Shown here: positions 1 to 7,385 of the stretch, piece after piece | How the letters are laid out: the number at the start of each line of letters is the position of its first letter | How positions within the stretch are numbered: position 1 is the first letter of the stretch | NCBI GenBank assembly: GCA_937921685.1 | Contig: CAKZUF010000007.1 | Span: forward strand, 17,946 to 41,945 | DNA: 24,000 bases | DNA from: an uncultured archaeon | Lineage (GTDB): Archaea > Thermoproteota > Nitrososphaeria_A > Caldarchaeales > Calditenuaceae | Reading direction: 5' to 3' | Made by a program: the position numbers and the translations under genes | Notes under the pieces: generated by a model | Told to the model about the DNA's origin: nothing | What the model saw: the letters and a program-made list of their open reading frames with translations, nothing else | Database searches by the model: none

Positions 1-632
1 AGCTCCTGAAGCTCACCATTCCTCACACCCAGTATGGCCGTTAGGGGATTTATCACCGAGTTGATAATCAATTTGGTCAATGCTTCAGGGTAAACGTTTT
101 CTACTGTCTTTGTCTTTACTCCCGCACTCGTTAACTCGTCGGCGACTTGTTTTATCTTTTCCACGGGTGTTGTGGTGGAAGGATGGAGACCCAGTACGGT
201 TTCGCCGTCATAGGCGTGATAGACGCTGTTCAATCCCGTAAGTGTGGAGGCCTGCAACGTGTAGCCTGCAATCACTCTCTCGGGGCCGAAAACCTCGGCT
301 AGCCGCTCCACGTTGTTAAGCCCATTCTGGACCGTGGTTACTAGGCAGCTCTCATTCAGATAAGGTGATATCATCCGCGCAACCGCCTCCGTGTCGTATG
401 ACTTGACACATACTAGGCAGAGCTCGGCGCTGGATGCCGTCCTCGGATCTGTTGTACACCCGGGCCAAGCCCTCCAGGAAGATTTACCGTCGCTGATGAT
501 TATTCCATTTGAGCTGATTGTCTCCGCTGCTTCTCGCCTCCGCGTTAGGATCACAACATCTCCACCGTGGCGGCTCATCAGTCCAGCAAACAGAATTCCC
601 AGGGCGCCTGCACCTACGATTAGTATCTTCAT
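1..632 (-). CDS. panE: 2-dehydropantoate 2-reductase (ketopantoate reductase, ApbA/PanE family); C-terminus cut off by the window edge
   Basis: Not in the ORF track because it runs off the left edge. Manual minus-strand translation from ATG 632..630 gives MKILIVGAGALGILFAGLMSRHGGDVVILTRRREAAETISSNGIIISDG...LVCVKSYDTEAVARMISPYLNESCLVTTVQNGLNNVERL...LIINSVINPLTAILGVRNGEL. It has an N-terminal GxGxxG Rossmann motif and the K-x-x-D / QNG / N-x-L-T pattern typical of ApbA/PanE. ATGA start/stop overlap with panB; pantothenate operon context. Confidence 0.8.
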   Translation of the reverse strand, partial: MKILIVGAGALGILFAGLMSRHGGDVVILTRRREAAETISSNGIIISDGKSSWRAWPGCTTDPRTASSAELCLVCVKSYDTEAVARMISPYLNESCLVTTVQNGLNNVERLAEVFGPERVIAGYTLQASTLTGLNSVYHAYDGETVLGLHPSTTTPVEKIKQVADELTSAGVKTKTVENVYPEALTKLIINSVINPLTAILGVRNGELQE

Positions 633-1480
633 CCCGGCCTTCTTATTTTGCTGAGGAATTCATCGAGTGTCTCCTTCTTCATGTGTCTCGTTTGCTCCTC
701 GGATGGAAAGACTCCTTCAAGAACCTCTGACTTATATCTTGAGATCGCATCCCTTACGATTGAAGCTAGGTCGACATACCTCTTGGAGAAGGGTGGGGAC
801 TTGTCGTAGAGTCCTAAGATGTCGTGGAGCACTAATACTTGGCCGTCACAGCCTGGCCCGGAGCCTATTCCGATTACTGGTATCTTGAGTTGTTTGGCTA
901 TGTATTCTGCAACCTCGGCTGTCACGTATTCGGCTACGATGGCGAAGGCGCCGGCCTCCTCCAGTGCCTTTGCGTCCTCGACTATCTTGAGGGCGTCCTC
1001 AACATCTTTTGCTGTAAGTCTGTAGCCGGTGGTCGAGGCGGCGCTCTGGGGAGTTAAGCCAATATGCCCCATCACGGGTATACCTGCATTAACAATAGCC
1101 CTGACAACTTCTGCGTATTCAACTCCTCCTTCAAGCTTGACTGCGTCAACCATGCCCTCTTTAACAAGACGGCCAGCATTCCTGACAGCCTCCTCTCTGG
1201 AGACTTGGAACGACATGAACGGCATGTCCCCCACCACCAGAGCCCTCTCGACACCCCTTGACACGGATTTGCAAAAAGTTATCATGTCTCTGAGCGTCAC
1301 GAACCGCGTGTCTCTATACCCCATCATGACCATGGAAGCCGAGTCGCCTACAAGCACAATGTCGACACCAACCTGGTCTACGAGGCGGGCGAAAGCATAG
1401 TCATACGCTGTTATCATAACTATTTTCCTCCCCTTCTTCTTCAGCTGGATTATGTCTCTCGCGGTTAGTTTCTCGCTCAA
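629..1480 (-). CDS. panB: 3-methyl-2-oxobutanoate hydroxymethyltransferase (ketopantoate hydroxymethyltransferase)
   Basis: 283-aa ORF with PanB hallmarks: VMITAYDY, VLVGDSASMVMMGY..T..VTLRDM, VVGDMPFMSF, VKLEGG. The TTG start (1480..1478) overlaps the upstream stop (TTGA). The stop overlaps the panE ATG (ATGA). Confidence 0.92.
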   Translation of the reverse strand: MSEKLTARDIIQLKKKGRKIVMITAYDYAFARLVDQVGVDIVLVGDSASMVMMGYRDTRFVTLRDMITFCKSVSRGVERALVVGDMPFMSFQVSREEAVRNAGRLVKEGMVDAVKLEGGVEYAEVVRAIVNAGIPVMGHIGLTPQSAASTTGYRLTAKDVEDALKIVEDAKALEEAGAFAIVAEYVTAEVAEYIAKQLKIPVIGIGSGPGCDGQVLVLHDILGLYDKSPPFSKRYVDLASIVRDAISRYKSEVLEGVFPSEEQTRHMKKETLDEFLSKIRRPG

Positions 1481-2244
1481 GGCAGCTCCTCCAGCCCGGC
1501 TAGGCGTGATAGACGCTTCAATATGAGTTCTATCATCCGCCTAAGGTTTTCCTCGTTATTGAAGGAGCGGTATATCACCTCCAGCTCTGCTGTTGTATGA
1601 TTCTTCAACTCTTCGGCAGCCCTGCAGAGGTTTGGCATCGCCCTCACCACGTTGTCGATTATCGAGATGGTTGCAGCCCTCGACGTCCGAGAAAAAGGGT
1701 TAAGGTCAATGGCTATGACCCTTTTTCCAAGAACTACCAGCTTCTCGGCTCGGTCACCATCCTCCAGTGGCACAAGCACAGTGTCTGCAGAGTATATCCC
1801 ACCCCTAGAGACTAGCCGCCTCTGACTGCTGAGGCCGGGGATTTCCACGAGCTCAGAATCGCCGAGCACATCCTCCGCGCCCCTACTCTCGAGGAACTCC
1901 TTTATTTTCCTGACCCGCTCCGGCGAACGGTGGAACAAGTTGACCTCGATTCTCGCATTCAGGATTTTTGCGAGCCTGACTATCTCGTCTGGAACGAGTG
2001 CAGCCGTGTTCCCGTTTACGGAGATTACGGGGTGCTTCGACAGGAGCATCAGCGCCGCCGCGGCCCTCGTGGCCTCTAGGGCTGGAGGGTGAGTCTCCTC
2101 GCCTAGGATATAGTCTATTGCCTCACCTCTCCCGTGGGCCAAAAGACCCTGGGGGACAACAATCCCTGCCTCAAACCCCTTTACAATCCTCCCCCTGATC
2201 ATGAGGGAGACGTATCTAGGATGGTCTCGAGGTATCTCCTCCAC
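1477..2244 (-). CDS. 4-phosphopantoate--beta-alanine ligase (archaeal phosphopantothenate synthetase, PPS; COG1701-type)
   Basis: 255-aa ORF. The N-terminal IPRDHPRY...GLLAHGRGEAIDYILGE matches my recollection of Thermococcus-type PPS. It sits between pantoate kinase and panB. The GTG start at 2244 gives a 46-nt overlap with the upstream gene. An alternative ATG at 2202 would give an ATGA overlap but would remove the conserved N-terminus. Confidence 0.7.
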   Translation of the reverse strand: MEEIPRDHPRYVSLMIRGRIVKGFEAGIVVPQGLLAHGRGEAIDYILGEETHPPALEATRAAAALMLLSKHPVISVNGNTAALVPDEIVRLAKILNARIEVNLFHRSPERVRKIKEFLESRGAEDVLGDSELVEIPGLSSQRRLVSRGGIYSADTVLVPLEDGDRAEKLVVLGKRVIAIDLNPFSRTSRAATISIIDNVVRAMPNLCRAAEELKNHTTAELEVIYRSFNNEENLRRMIELILKRLSRLAGLEELP

Positions 2245-3134
2245 TCCACCTCACCCGGCTTGTAAACCCTAACTATGGGTAGTGAAGCCCCTATATTTAC
2301 GGCAACTTCTCCAACCTCAGCCTCCTCGACAACCATGACCAGCACCCTCTTTTTCACATACCATCCCAGAAGCCTCGGGGAGACCGGCCTGACAACCTCC
2401 TCAACACTCCTATCCACCAGGCCCAGCGCCCTCGAAAATCTGTTGGAGAGTTCGAGGAAATTCTCGAGGCTTGGGTTTTTAAGAAACTCTCCATAGAACC
2501 GATGCCCAGCCTCCATTATCTTGTCGTGATGCATTGTGAGCAGGCTATCCGTAGCCAATCTGCCAAGCTCAGACGTCACTATCGCTATCTTATCGCTTAT
2601 CCTGATGTTCTCAACCTCACCCACTCCAGGTCCACCTGCCCGCTTCCTCAAGACAAGCCCCACCCCATTCCAGATTGCAAGAACATCTCCCAGCCCAGTC
2701 CTACACCTTACCTCAGAGACATGAGCCCTCATCGCTGCTTCACCTACACCGATCTTTCCAGCCAAAGCGAAGCAGGCAGCCACCGCCAAACTGGAGGCGG
2801 CGCTGAAGGCATAACCCGCACCCGGAACACAGTTCCCACTTAAATGAACGGAGAAGCCTCTTCCCAACTCGTTATAGACCTCCAGAGCCGGCCCCCAGCT
2901 AATAGGCTCGCCCTCGAACCTCAGCCCTTCACCCCCACCCACAACACATCTTAAGCCAGGGCGGATGACTATACCCGCGCCGAGCGAGCCCGTCAACTCC
3001 CAGCTCTGCCTGTAGACAGGGTAGAAGAAGCCCGTCAGGTGAAGGGGGACCTCGAAGGCGAAGCCATCTTCAAGGTTGGGAAATCCGGCTCTACGTCTCA
3101 TTCCATAGCTAGGCATTGTGTGGGGGATATTCAC
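2199..3134 (-). CDS. pantoate kinase (archaeal GHMP-kinase family, PoK; COG1829-type)
   Basis: 311-aa ORF with a GHMP-kinase phosphate-binding motif (VPGAGYAFSAASSLAVA) and an N-terminal HLTGFF segment. It is first gene of the PoK-PPS-panB-panE string. The start is ambiguous: GTG 3134, ATG 3116 or ATG 3101. Confidence 0.65.
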   Translation of the reverse strand: MNIPHTMPSYGMRRRAGFPNLEDGFAFEVPLHLTGFFYPVYRQSWELTGSLGAGIVIRPGLRCVVGGGEGLRFEGEPISWGPALEVYNELGRGFSVHLSGNCVPGAGYAFSAASSLAVAACFALAGKIGVGEAAMRAHVSEVRCRTGLGDVLAIWNGVGLVLRKRAGGPGVGEVENIRISDKIAIVTSELGRLATDSLLTMHHDKIMEAGHRFYGEFLKNPSLENFLELSNRFSRALGLVDRSVEEVVRPVSPRLLGWYVKKRVLVMVVEEAEVGEVAVNIGASLPIVRVYKPGEVEWRRYLETILDTSPS

Positions 3135-3151
3135 GTTTATGCACCGATCTG

Positions 3152-3166
3152 TTAAAATTTATTTAG
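3152..3166. promoter_or_regulatory. AT-rich TATA-like element (TTAAAATTTATTTAG) in the 55-bp divergent spacer; could serve both the pantoate kinase operon and the Mo-hydroxylase gene
   Basis: It is the only AT-rich block in the spacer. Its centre lies about 31 nt upstream of ATG 3190 and about 24 nt upstream of GTG 3134 on the other strand. Confidence 0.45.
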
Positions 3167-3189
3167 AATGGTTGGAGAGTGTTTGTCGC

Positions 3190-5493
3190 ATGGTTAGGGT
3201 TAGGAAGACGCGGGCTGAGATTGAGGGGCGGTGGAGGGAGGAGTTCGTTGTGGAAGAGGAGGAGAAGATCACCCCTTGGCCCGCTGGAGCGAGTTTTAGA
3301 TATATTGGTGGGCGGGTGAAGACGGTGGATGGTGTTGCAAAGGTTACTGGAGCAGCGACATACACAGTAGACGTCTCTCTTAAGGGCATGCTTGTGGGCA
3401 AATTCTTGAGATGCCCATACCCCCACGCCCGAATCATCCGCATAGACACCTCCGATGCTGAGAGAATCAAAGGGGTTAGGGCTATCTTCACCCATCTCAA
3501 CACACCGAAAATACCACTCTACGGTGGTGCCTCCAATGTCTTCAACACTGTCCTGAAATTCCAGGGCGAGGAGGTTGCCTTTGTCGTAGCCGAAGACGAG
3601 GGTGTGGCTGAAGACGCGCTGGAGGCGATAGCTGTGGAATACGAGAGGCTGCCTTTTGTTGTCGACCCGCTCGAGGCTTTGAAGGAGGATGCGCCGAAAG
3701 TTCACAGCGAGGGGAATGTATTCCACGGCGGTCCGTCGAGGGTTTTGAGGGGTAACCCCGCACAAGGGTTTGAGGAGGCGGACTTGGTCCTAGAGGAGAC
3801 ATTCAGGACGAGCGCGGCCCTACACAACTCCCTCGAGACGCACTCGACAGTCGCCTATTGGACTCCGGCCGGCCTCACAGTATGGGAGTCCACCCAGGCC
3901 GTGAACCACGTGAGGCAGCGTCTAAGCCAGATATTCTCAATCCCCCTCTCAAATGTCAGAGTGATATGCGAGTATATGGGCGGCGGCTTCGGGGCGAAGT
4001 TTGACCCTGGGAAGCACACAATCCTAGCTGCGCTTGCCTCAAGGCAGACGGGAAGGCCAGTTAAGGTTGTTCTGTCAAGGAGTGAGGAGAATCTATCCGC
4101 GGGCTGCAGGGCCCAGACAATACAGAGGGTTAAAGCAGGGTTTAAGAGGGATGGGAGGATCTCAGCAATGCGGCTGGAGGCCATTATAAATCTCGGCGCA
4201 TATGCCGAATGGGTTCCACTCGTCTCCGGACCCTACAGAATGCTGTACCAGATACCCAATCTTGAGACCATAGAGTGGGGTGTCTACACCAACACCACGC
4301 CTCACACCGCCATGAGGGCGCCGGGATTCACAGAAGGCACCTTCGGGCTGGAATCGATGATGGATATGGCTGCGGAGGAAATAGGGTTAGACCCACTTGA
4401 AATAAGGCTTAGAAACTATGCTGAAAAGGAGCCTGAGAGCGGTGTGAACTACACCTCAAAGGGGTTGAGGGATGCTTACCTGATAGGGGCTGAGCAGTTT
4501 GGATGGAACTATGCAAGATCTGTCAGAAGGGAGAATAACATGGTTCGGGCCGCTGGCATGGCTAGCGTGGTCTGGTGGGGAGGCGGTGGACCACCAGCAT
4601 ATGCTGAGGTTAAGCTGAATAGGGACGGCACAATACAAGTCTTGACATCGACCCAGGACATCGGCACCGGAACGAGGACAATCCTAGCCCAGATAGCTGC
4701 AGAAGAACTCTCGGTCCCTATAGAGCGCGTAAACGTGGTGATTGGAGACACCTCCTTAGAGCTCTTTTCCCCAGGGAGCGGTGGAAGTGGGACCTTAGCC
4801 TCCATAGGCCCCGCCGTTAGGGCGGCCGCGATCGATGCGCGAAACCAGCTCCTAGACATAGCCTCACAGTTCCTAGACGCTCCGAGAGAAATACTCGAGC
4901 TAAAGGATGGTAGAATACAGACAAAGGAGGGTGAGAAGTCAATCTCCATCGAAGAGCTCCTCACACAGCTTGGAGATTTCGCATTAGTCGGCAGGGGTGC
5001 GAGGGGACCTAACCCTGATGGATATGCTGTCGAGACATTCGCGGCCCAGTTTGCAGATGTTGAGTTGGATTTGGAGACGGGATATGTGAAGGTGCTGAAG
5101 GTGGTTTCATCCCACGACTCTGGGAGAATCATCAACAGGCTTACAGCGGAGGGACAGGTGATAGGCGGAGTCGTCCAAGGATTGGGTTATGCACTCCTAG
5201 AGCAGAGACTTGTCGACACCTCCTCTGGAACTATAATCAATCCCAACCTACTGGACTACCTCCTTCCCTCAAGCTTCGAGACCCCAGAAGTTACAGCCAT
5301 ATTCGTGGAGCCGCTGGACATCCATGCCAACAATTTGGGAGCAAAGGGTCTCGGCGAACCGCCTATAATCGGGATAGCGGCCGCCATAGCCAACGCTGTC
5401 TCGAAAGCGTTGGGGGTTAGGATCACAGAACTACCCATAACCCCCGAAAAAGTCGTAGAGGCTATGAAGAAAGCTAAGGAGAAGACAAGATGA
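3190..5493 (+). CDS. xanthine dehydrogenase / aldehyde oxidoreductase family, molybdopterin-binding large subunit (CutA/CoxL-like, not a form-I CO dehydrogenase)
   Basis: Track ORF 3118..5493. I prefer ATG 3190 (MVRVRK...) because a TATA-like box lies at 3152..3166 and residues 1-24 look like spacer read-through. Motifs: VDGVAKVTGAATYTVD (a/b hammerhead), MGGGFGAKF, AMRAPGFTEG, GLGEPPIIGIAAAIANAV. No AYRCSFR CODH active-site loop seen. Confidence 0.85.
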   Translation: MVRVRKTRAEIEGRWREEFVVEEEEKITPWPAGASFRYIGGRVKTVDGVAKVTGAATYTVDVSLKGMLVGKFLRCPYPHARIIRIDTSDAERIKGVRAIFTHLNTPKIPLYGGASNVFNTVLKFQGEEVAFVVAEDEGVAEDALEAIAVEYERLPFVVDPLEALKEDAPKVHSEGNVFHGGPSRVLRGNPAQGFEEADLVLEETFRTSAALHNSLETHSTVAYWTPAGLTVWESTQAVNHVRQRLSQIFSIPLSNVRVICEYMGGGFGAKFDPGKHTILAALASRQTGRPVKVVLSRSEENLSAGCRAQTIQRVKAGFKRDGRISAMRLEAIINLGAYAEWVPLVSGPYRMLYQIPNLETIEWGVYTNTTPHTAMRAPGFTEGTFGLESMMDMAAEEIGLDPLEIRLRNYAEKEPESGVNYTSKGLRDAYLIGAEQFGWNYARSVRRENNMVRAAGMASVVWWGGGGPPAYAEVKLNRDGTIQVLTSTQDIGTGTRTILAQIAAEELSVPIERVNVVIGDTSLELFSPGSGGSGTLASIGPAVRAAAIDARNQLLDIASQFLDAPREILELKDGRIQTKEGEKSISIEELLTQLGDFALVGRGARGPNPDGYAVETFAAQFADVELDLETGYVKVLKVVSSHDSGRIINRLTAEGQVIGGVVQGLGYALLEQRLVDTSSGTIINPNLLDYLLPSSFETPEVTAIFVEPLDIHANNLGAKGLGEPPIIGIAAAIANAVSKALGVRITELPITPEKVVEAMKKAKEKTR

Positions 5494-5499
5494 ACAGGC

Positions 5500-6225
5500 T
5501 TAAGCCAGCGAGACTATCCGTCTACAGTTCATTATAAGCTCGTTGATTGCATCGAATGCCTTCCCCCCATCCTCAGTAGCGACGAGTATTATTGTATCCT
5601 TGTAACAGCTTATCACTTCTTCGACGTTTATCTCCCTATGCGCAAGCCACTCCAGAATATGTGAAACTACCCCATACGTCTTCTCTATGATAGACGGACT
5701 TACAATGATTAGGGCGGCGATACTCTCAGATACGCCGATGATGAGGGAGCGGGGAAACTCGCTTCTAATCTCCGCCAACCTCTCTCGGCTGCATATCAAG
5801 GTTATAGATGTGATTCCGTCGAGCAGTTGGAAGAACCCACTAACCCTAATCGCGAGGTCACGCGCTATCCTGAGCGACGTCCTATTCCGTTTCAGGATTA
5901 TCTTGGCCAGCCCCGTCTTTGCCTCTAGCTTGCTCCTCGCAATGACTTGGGCCGTGGCCAATCTCCTTCCATGGAAGCGGCCCCTATGCCTTTTTAACGC
6001 AGTCACGATGGTGGAGTGCTTGACATCCTGGCCGAGTAGGGCGTCTAAAGTCGGTTTTAGGAGCTTCGCAAGCGCAGATAAATTGGCGTAACCGCCATCT
6101 AACGCCGACTTATAACCCTTCTCCAAACCGATCAGATAGCGAACCGCCCTACTTACAGACCAGTCCCGGTACAAGCCCTGTTCCACATGACCGAAACCAG
6201 TCAATAAGTATATACCTTGAAGCAT
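5500..6225 (-). CDS. ACT-domain protein with an N-terminal helical (possibly DNA-binding) region; putative amino-acid-binding regulator
   Basis: 241-aa ORF. The C-terminal part (SIAALIIVSPSIIEKTYGVVSHILEWLAHREINVEEVISCYKDTIILVATEDGGKAFDAINELI) looks like an ACT / ACT_7-type small-molecule-binding fold, preceded by a similar degenerate repeat. An alternative GTG start at 6186 would fit a TATA-like box at 6208..6215. The CDS itself is likely real; its function is only inferred. Confidence 0.5.
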   Translation of the reverse strand: MLQGIYLLTGFGHVEQGLYRDWSVSRAVRYLIGLEKGYKSALDGGYANLSALAKLLKPTLDALLGQDVKHSTIVTALKRHRGRFHGRRLATAQVIARSKLEAKTGLAKIILKRNRTSLRIARDLAIRVSGFFQLLDGITSITLICSRERLAEIRSEFPRSLIIGVSESIAALIIVSPSIIEKTYGVVSHILEWLAHREINVEEVISCYKDTIILVATEDGGKAFDAINELIMNCRRIVSLA

Positions 6226-6243
6226 CCGATGTCTTATATCATA
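6206..6243. promoter_or_regulatory. Two TATA-like elements (palindromic GTATATAC 6208..6215; CTTATATCA 6233..6241) at the ACT-protein / carA divergent junction
   Basis: The first ATGs of the two divergent ORFs are only 26 bp apart, and the AT-rich boxes lie at or inside the annotated 5' ends. This implies internal starts (GTG 6186 / GTG 6276) or overlapping divergent transcripts. Confidence 0.4.
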
Positions 6244-6251
6244 GAGACCAA

Positions 6252-7385
6252 ATGGATGAATGCTTGGATGAGCTCGTGAAGCGAATCGCGGGCTCCTACG
6301 TTGCGGGTCTCGCCCTCGAGGATGGCACCTTCATTGTCGGTAAAGGCTTCGGCGCTCTTGGGAGAAGAAGCGGAGAAGTTGTGTTCAGTACCGCGATGAA
6401 CGGCTACACAGAGTCTTTGACAGACCCCTCATACATTGGGCAGATACTCATACTCACCTACCCATTGATTGGGAATTATGGTGTACCTCCTGACTTCGAG
6501 TCAGACGGAATAAAGATTGAGGCCCTAGTTGTATCGCAGGCGACAGAGCCTAGCCACCCGCGTTCAATGAAGTCTCTTAGCGACTGGCTCCTCGAAAACT
6601 CAGTACCGGGAATAATGGATGTTGATACAAGAATGTTGGTCCAGCGGATAAGAGAAGTGGGGGTCATGGGTGGAGCAGTACAGGTTGCTGAGTCACTGGA
6701 TGATATAGGCCGGGAGGAACTATTAAGAATGGCCCGCGAAGTTGACTACGACTCTCGCGTCTTCGAGTACTCTGCATACCCGGAGCCCACGGTCTTTAAC
6801 GAGCAGAGTAGCTCTACGCTGGTCGTCGTCGACTTTGGCGTTAAGGACGGTATAGTCCACAGGCTCGTAAATATGGGGTACAGGGTAGTTGTTGTGCCTG
6901 GGAGGCTTGGGTCTGATGCCATCTTCTCCTACAATCCGAAAGGAATTGTGATAAGTAACGGGCCCGGTAACCCTGCAAGGATGCACCAAGCAATCAGGCT
7001 TGTGAGAGAGGTTGTAGAGAGCGGTACTCCAACACTTGGCGTATGTCTGGGACACCAGCTCCTAGCCCTGGCCCTAGGGGCCGAGACCTTTAAGATGAAA
7101 TATGGGCACAGGGGGATAAACAAGGCCTGCAGGGACCTGGTCACTGGAAAGCGGGTAATAACCCTGCAGAATCACGGCTATGCTGTCTCTGAGGAAAGCC
7201 TCTCAAGGACAGGTCTTAAGCCATGGTTCGTAGATTGTGACGATGGAACAATTGAGGGCCTAATTCACGAGTCCCTGCCCGTGATTTCTGTACAGTTTCA
7301 TCCTGAAGGGAGGCCGGGTCCGAGAGACGCGAATTACGTCTTCGAATTCTTCGATAAAATGGTGAGAGGAAGTGGAGTCGGTTAG
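6252..7385 (+). CDS. carA: carbamoyl-phosphate synthase small (glutamine amidotransferase) subunit
   Basis: 377-aa ORF with LALEDGTFIVGKGFG, NGPGNP, GVCLGHQLLALALG (catalytic Cys-His), QNHGYAV and QFHPEG. It overlaps carB by 14 nt. An alternative in-frame GTG start lies at 6276. Confidence 0.95.
   Translation: MDECLDELVKRIAGSYVAGLALEDGTFIVGKGFGALGRRSGEVVFSTAMNGYTESLTDPSYIGQILILTYPLIGNYGVPPDFESDGIKIEALVVSQATEPSHPRSMKSLSDWLLENSVPGIMDVDTRMLVQRIREVGVMGGAVQVAESLDDIGREELLRMAREVDYDSRVFEYSAYPEPTVFNEQSSSTLVVVDFGVKDGIVHRLVNMGYRVVVVPGRLGSDAIFSYNPKGIVISNGPGNPARMHQAIRLVREVVESGTPTLGVCLGHQLLALALGAETFKMKYGHRGINKACRDLVTGKRVITLQNHGYAVSEESLSRTGLKPWFVDCDDGTIEGLIHESLPVISVQFHPEGRPGPRDANYVFEFFDKMVRGSGVG

Noticed and set aside
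2199-2244. An alternative PPS start at ATG 2202, giving a tidy ATGA overlap with the pantoate kinase stop.
   Set aside because: It would delete the N-terminal IPRDHPRY segment, which I recall as conserved in archaeal phosphopantothenate synthetases. I kept GTG 2244, but this remains unverified without an alignment.
3118-3189. A 24-codon N-terminal extension of the Mo-hydroxylase ORF (MWGIFTFMHRSVKIYLEWLESVCR).
   Set aside because: It would overlap the divergent pantoate kinase start and contain the only TATA-like box of the spacer. ATG 3190 is correctly spaced from that box, and the extension has no counterpart in the family as I know it.
3163-5135. Long antisense or off-frame ORFs inside strongly supported genes: 3163..3765(-), 3855..4184(-) and 4509..5135(-), plus elsewhere 1029..1400(+), 2502..2843(+), 5687..6091(+), 7668..8072(-), 9162..9500(-), 14203..14589(-), 16866..17285(-) and 20287..20709(+).
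   Set aside because: All lie entirely within genes whose products carry clear family motifs on the other strand or frame. Their translations are low-complexity (Ser/Pro/Arg/Leu-rich) with no recognisable motifs. These are typical shadow ORFs of GC-rich coding DNA.
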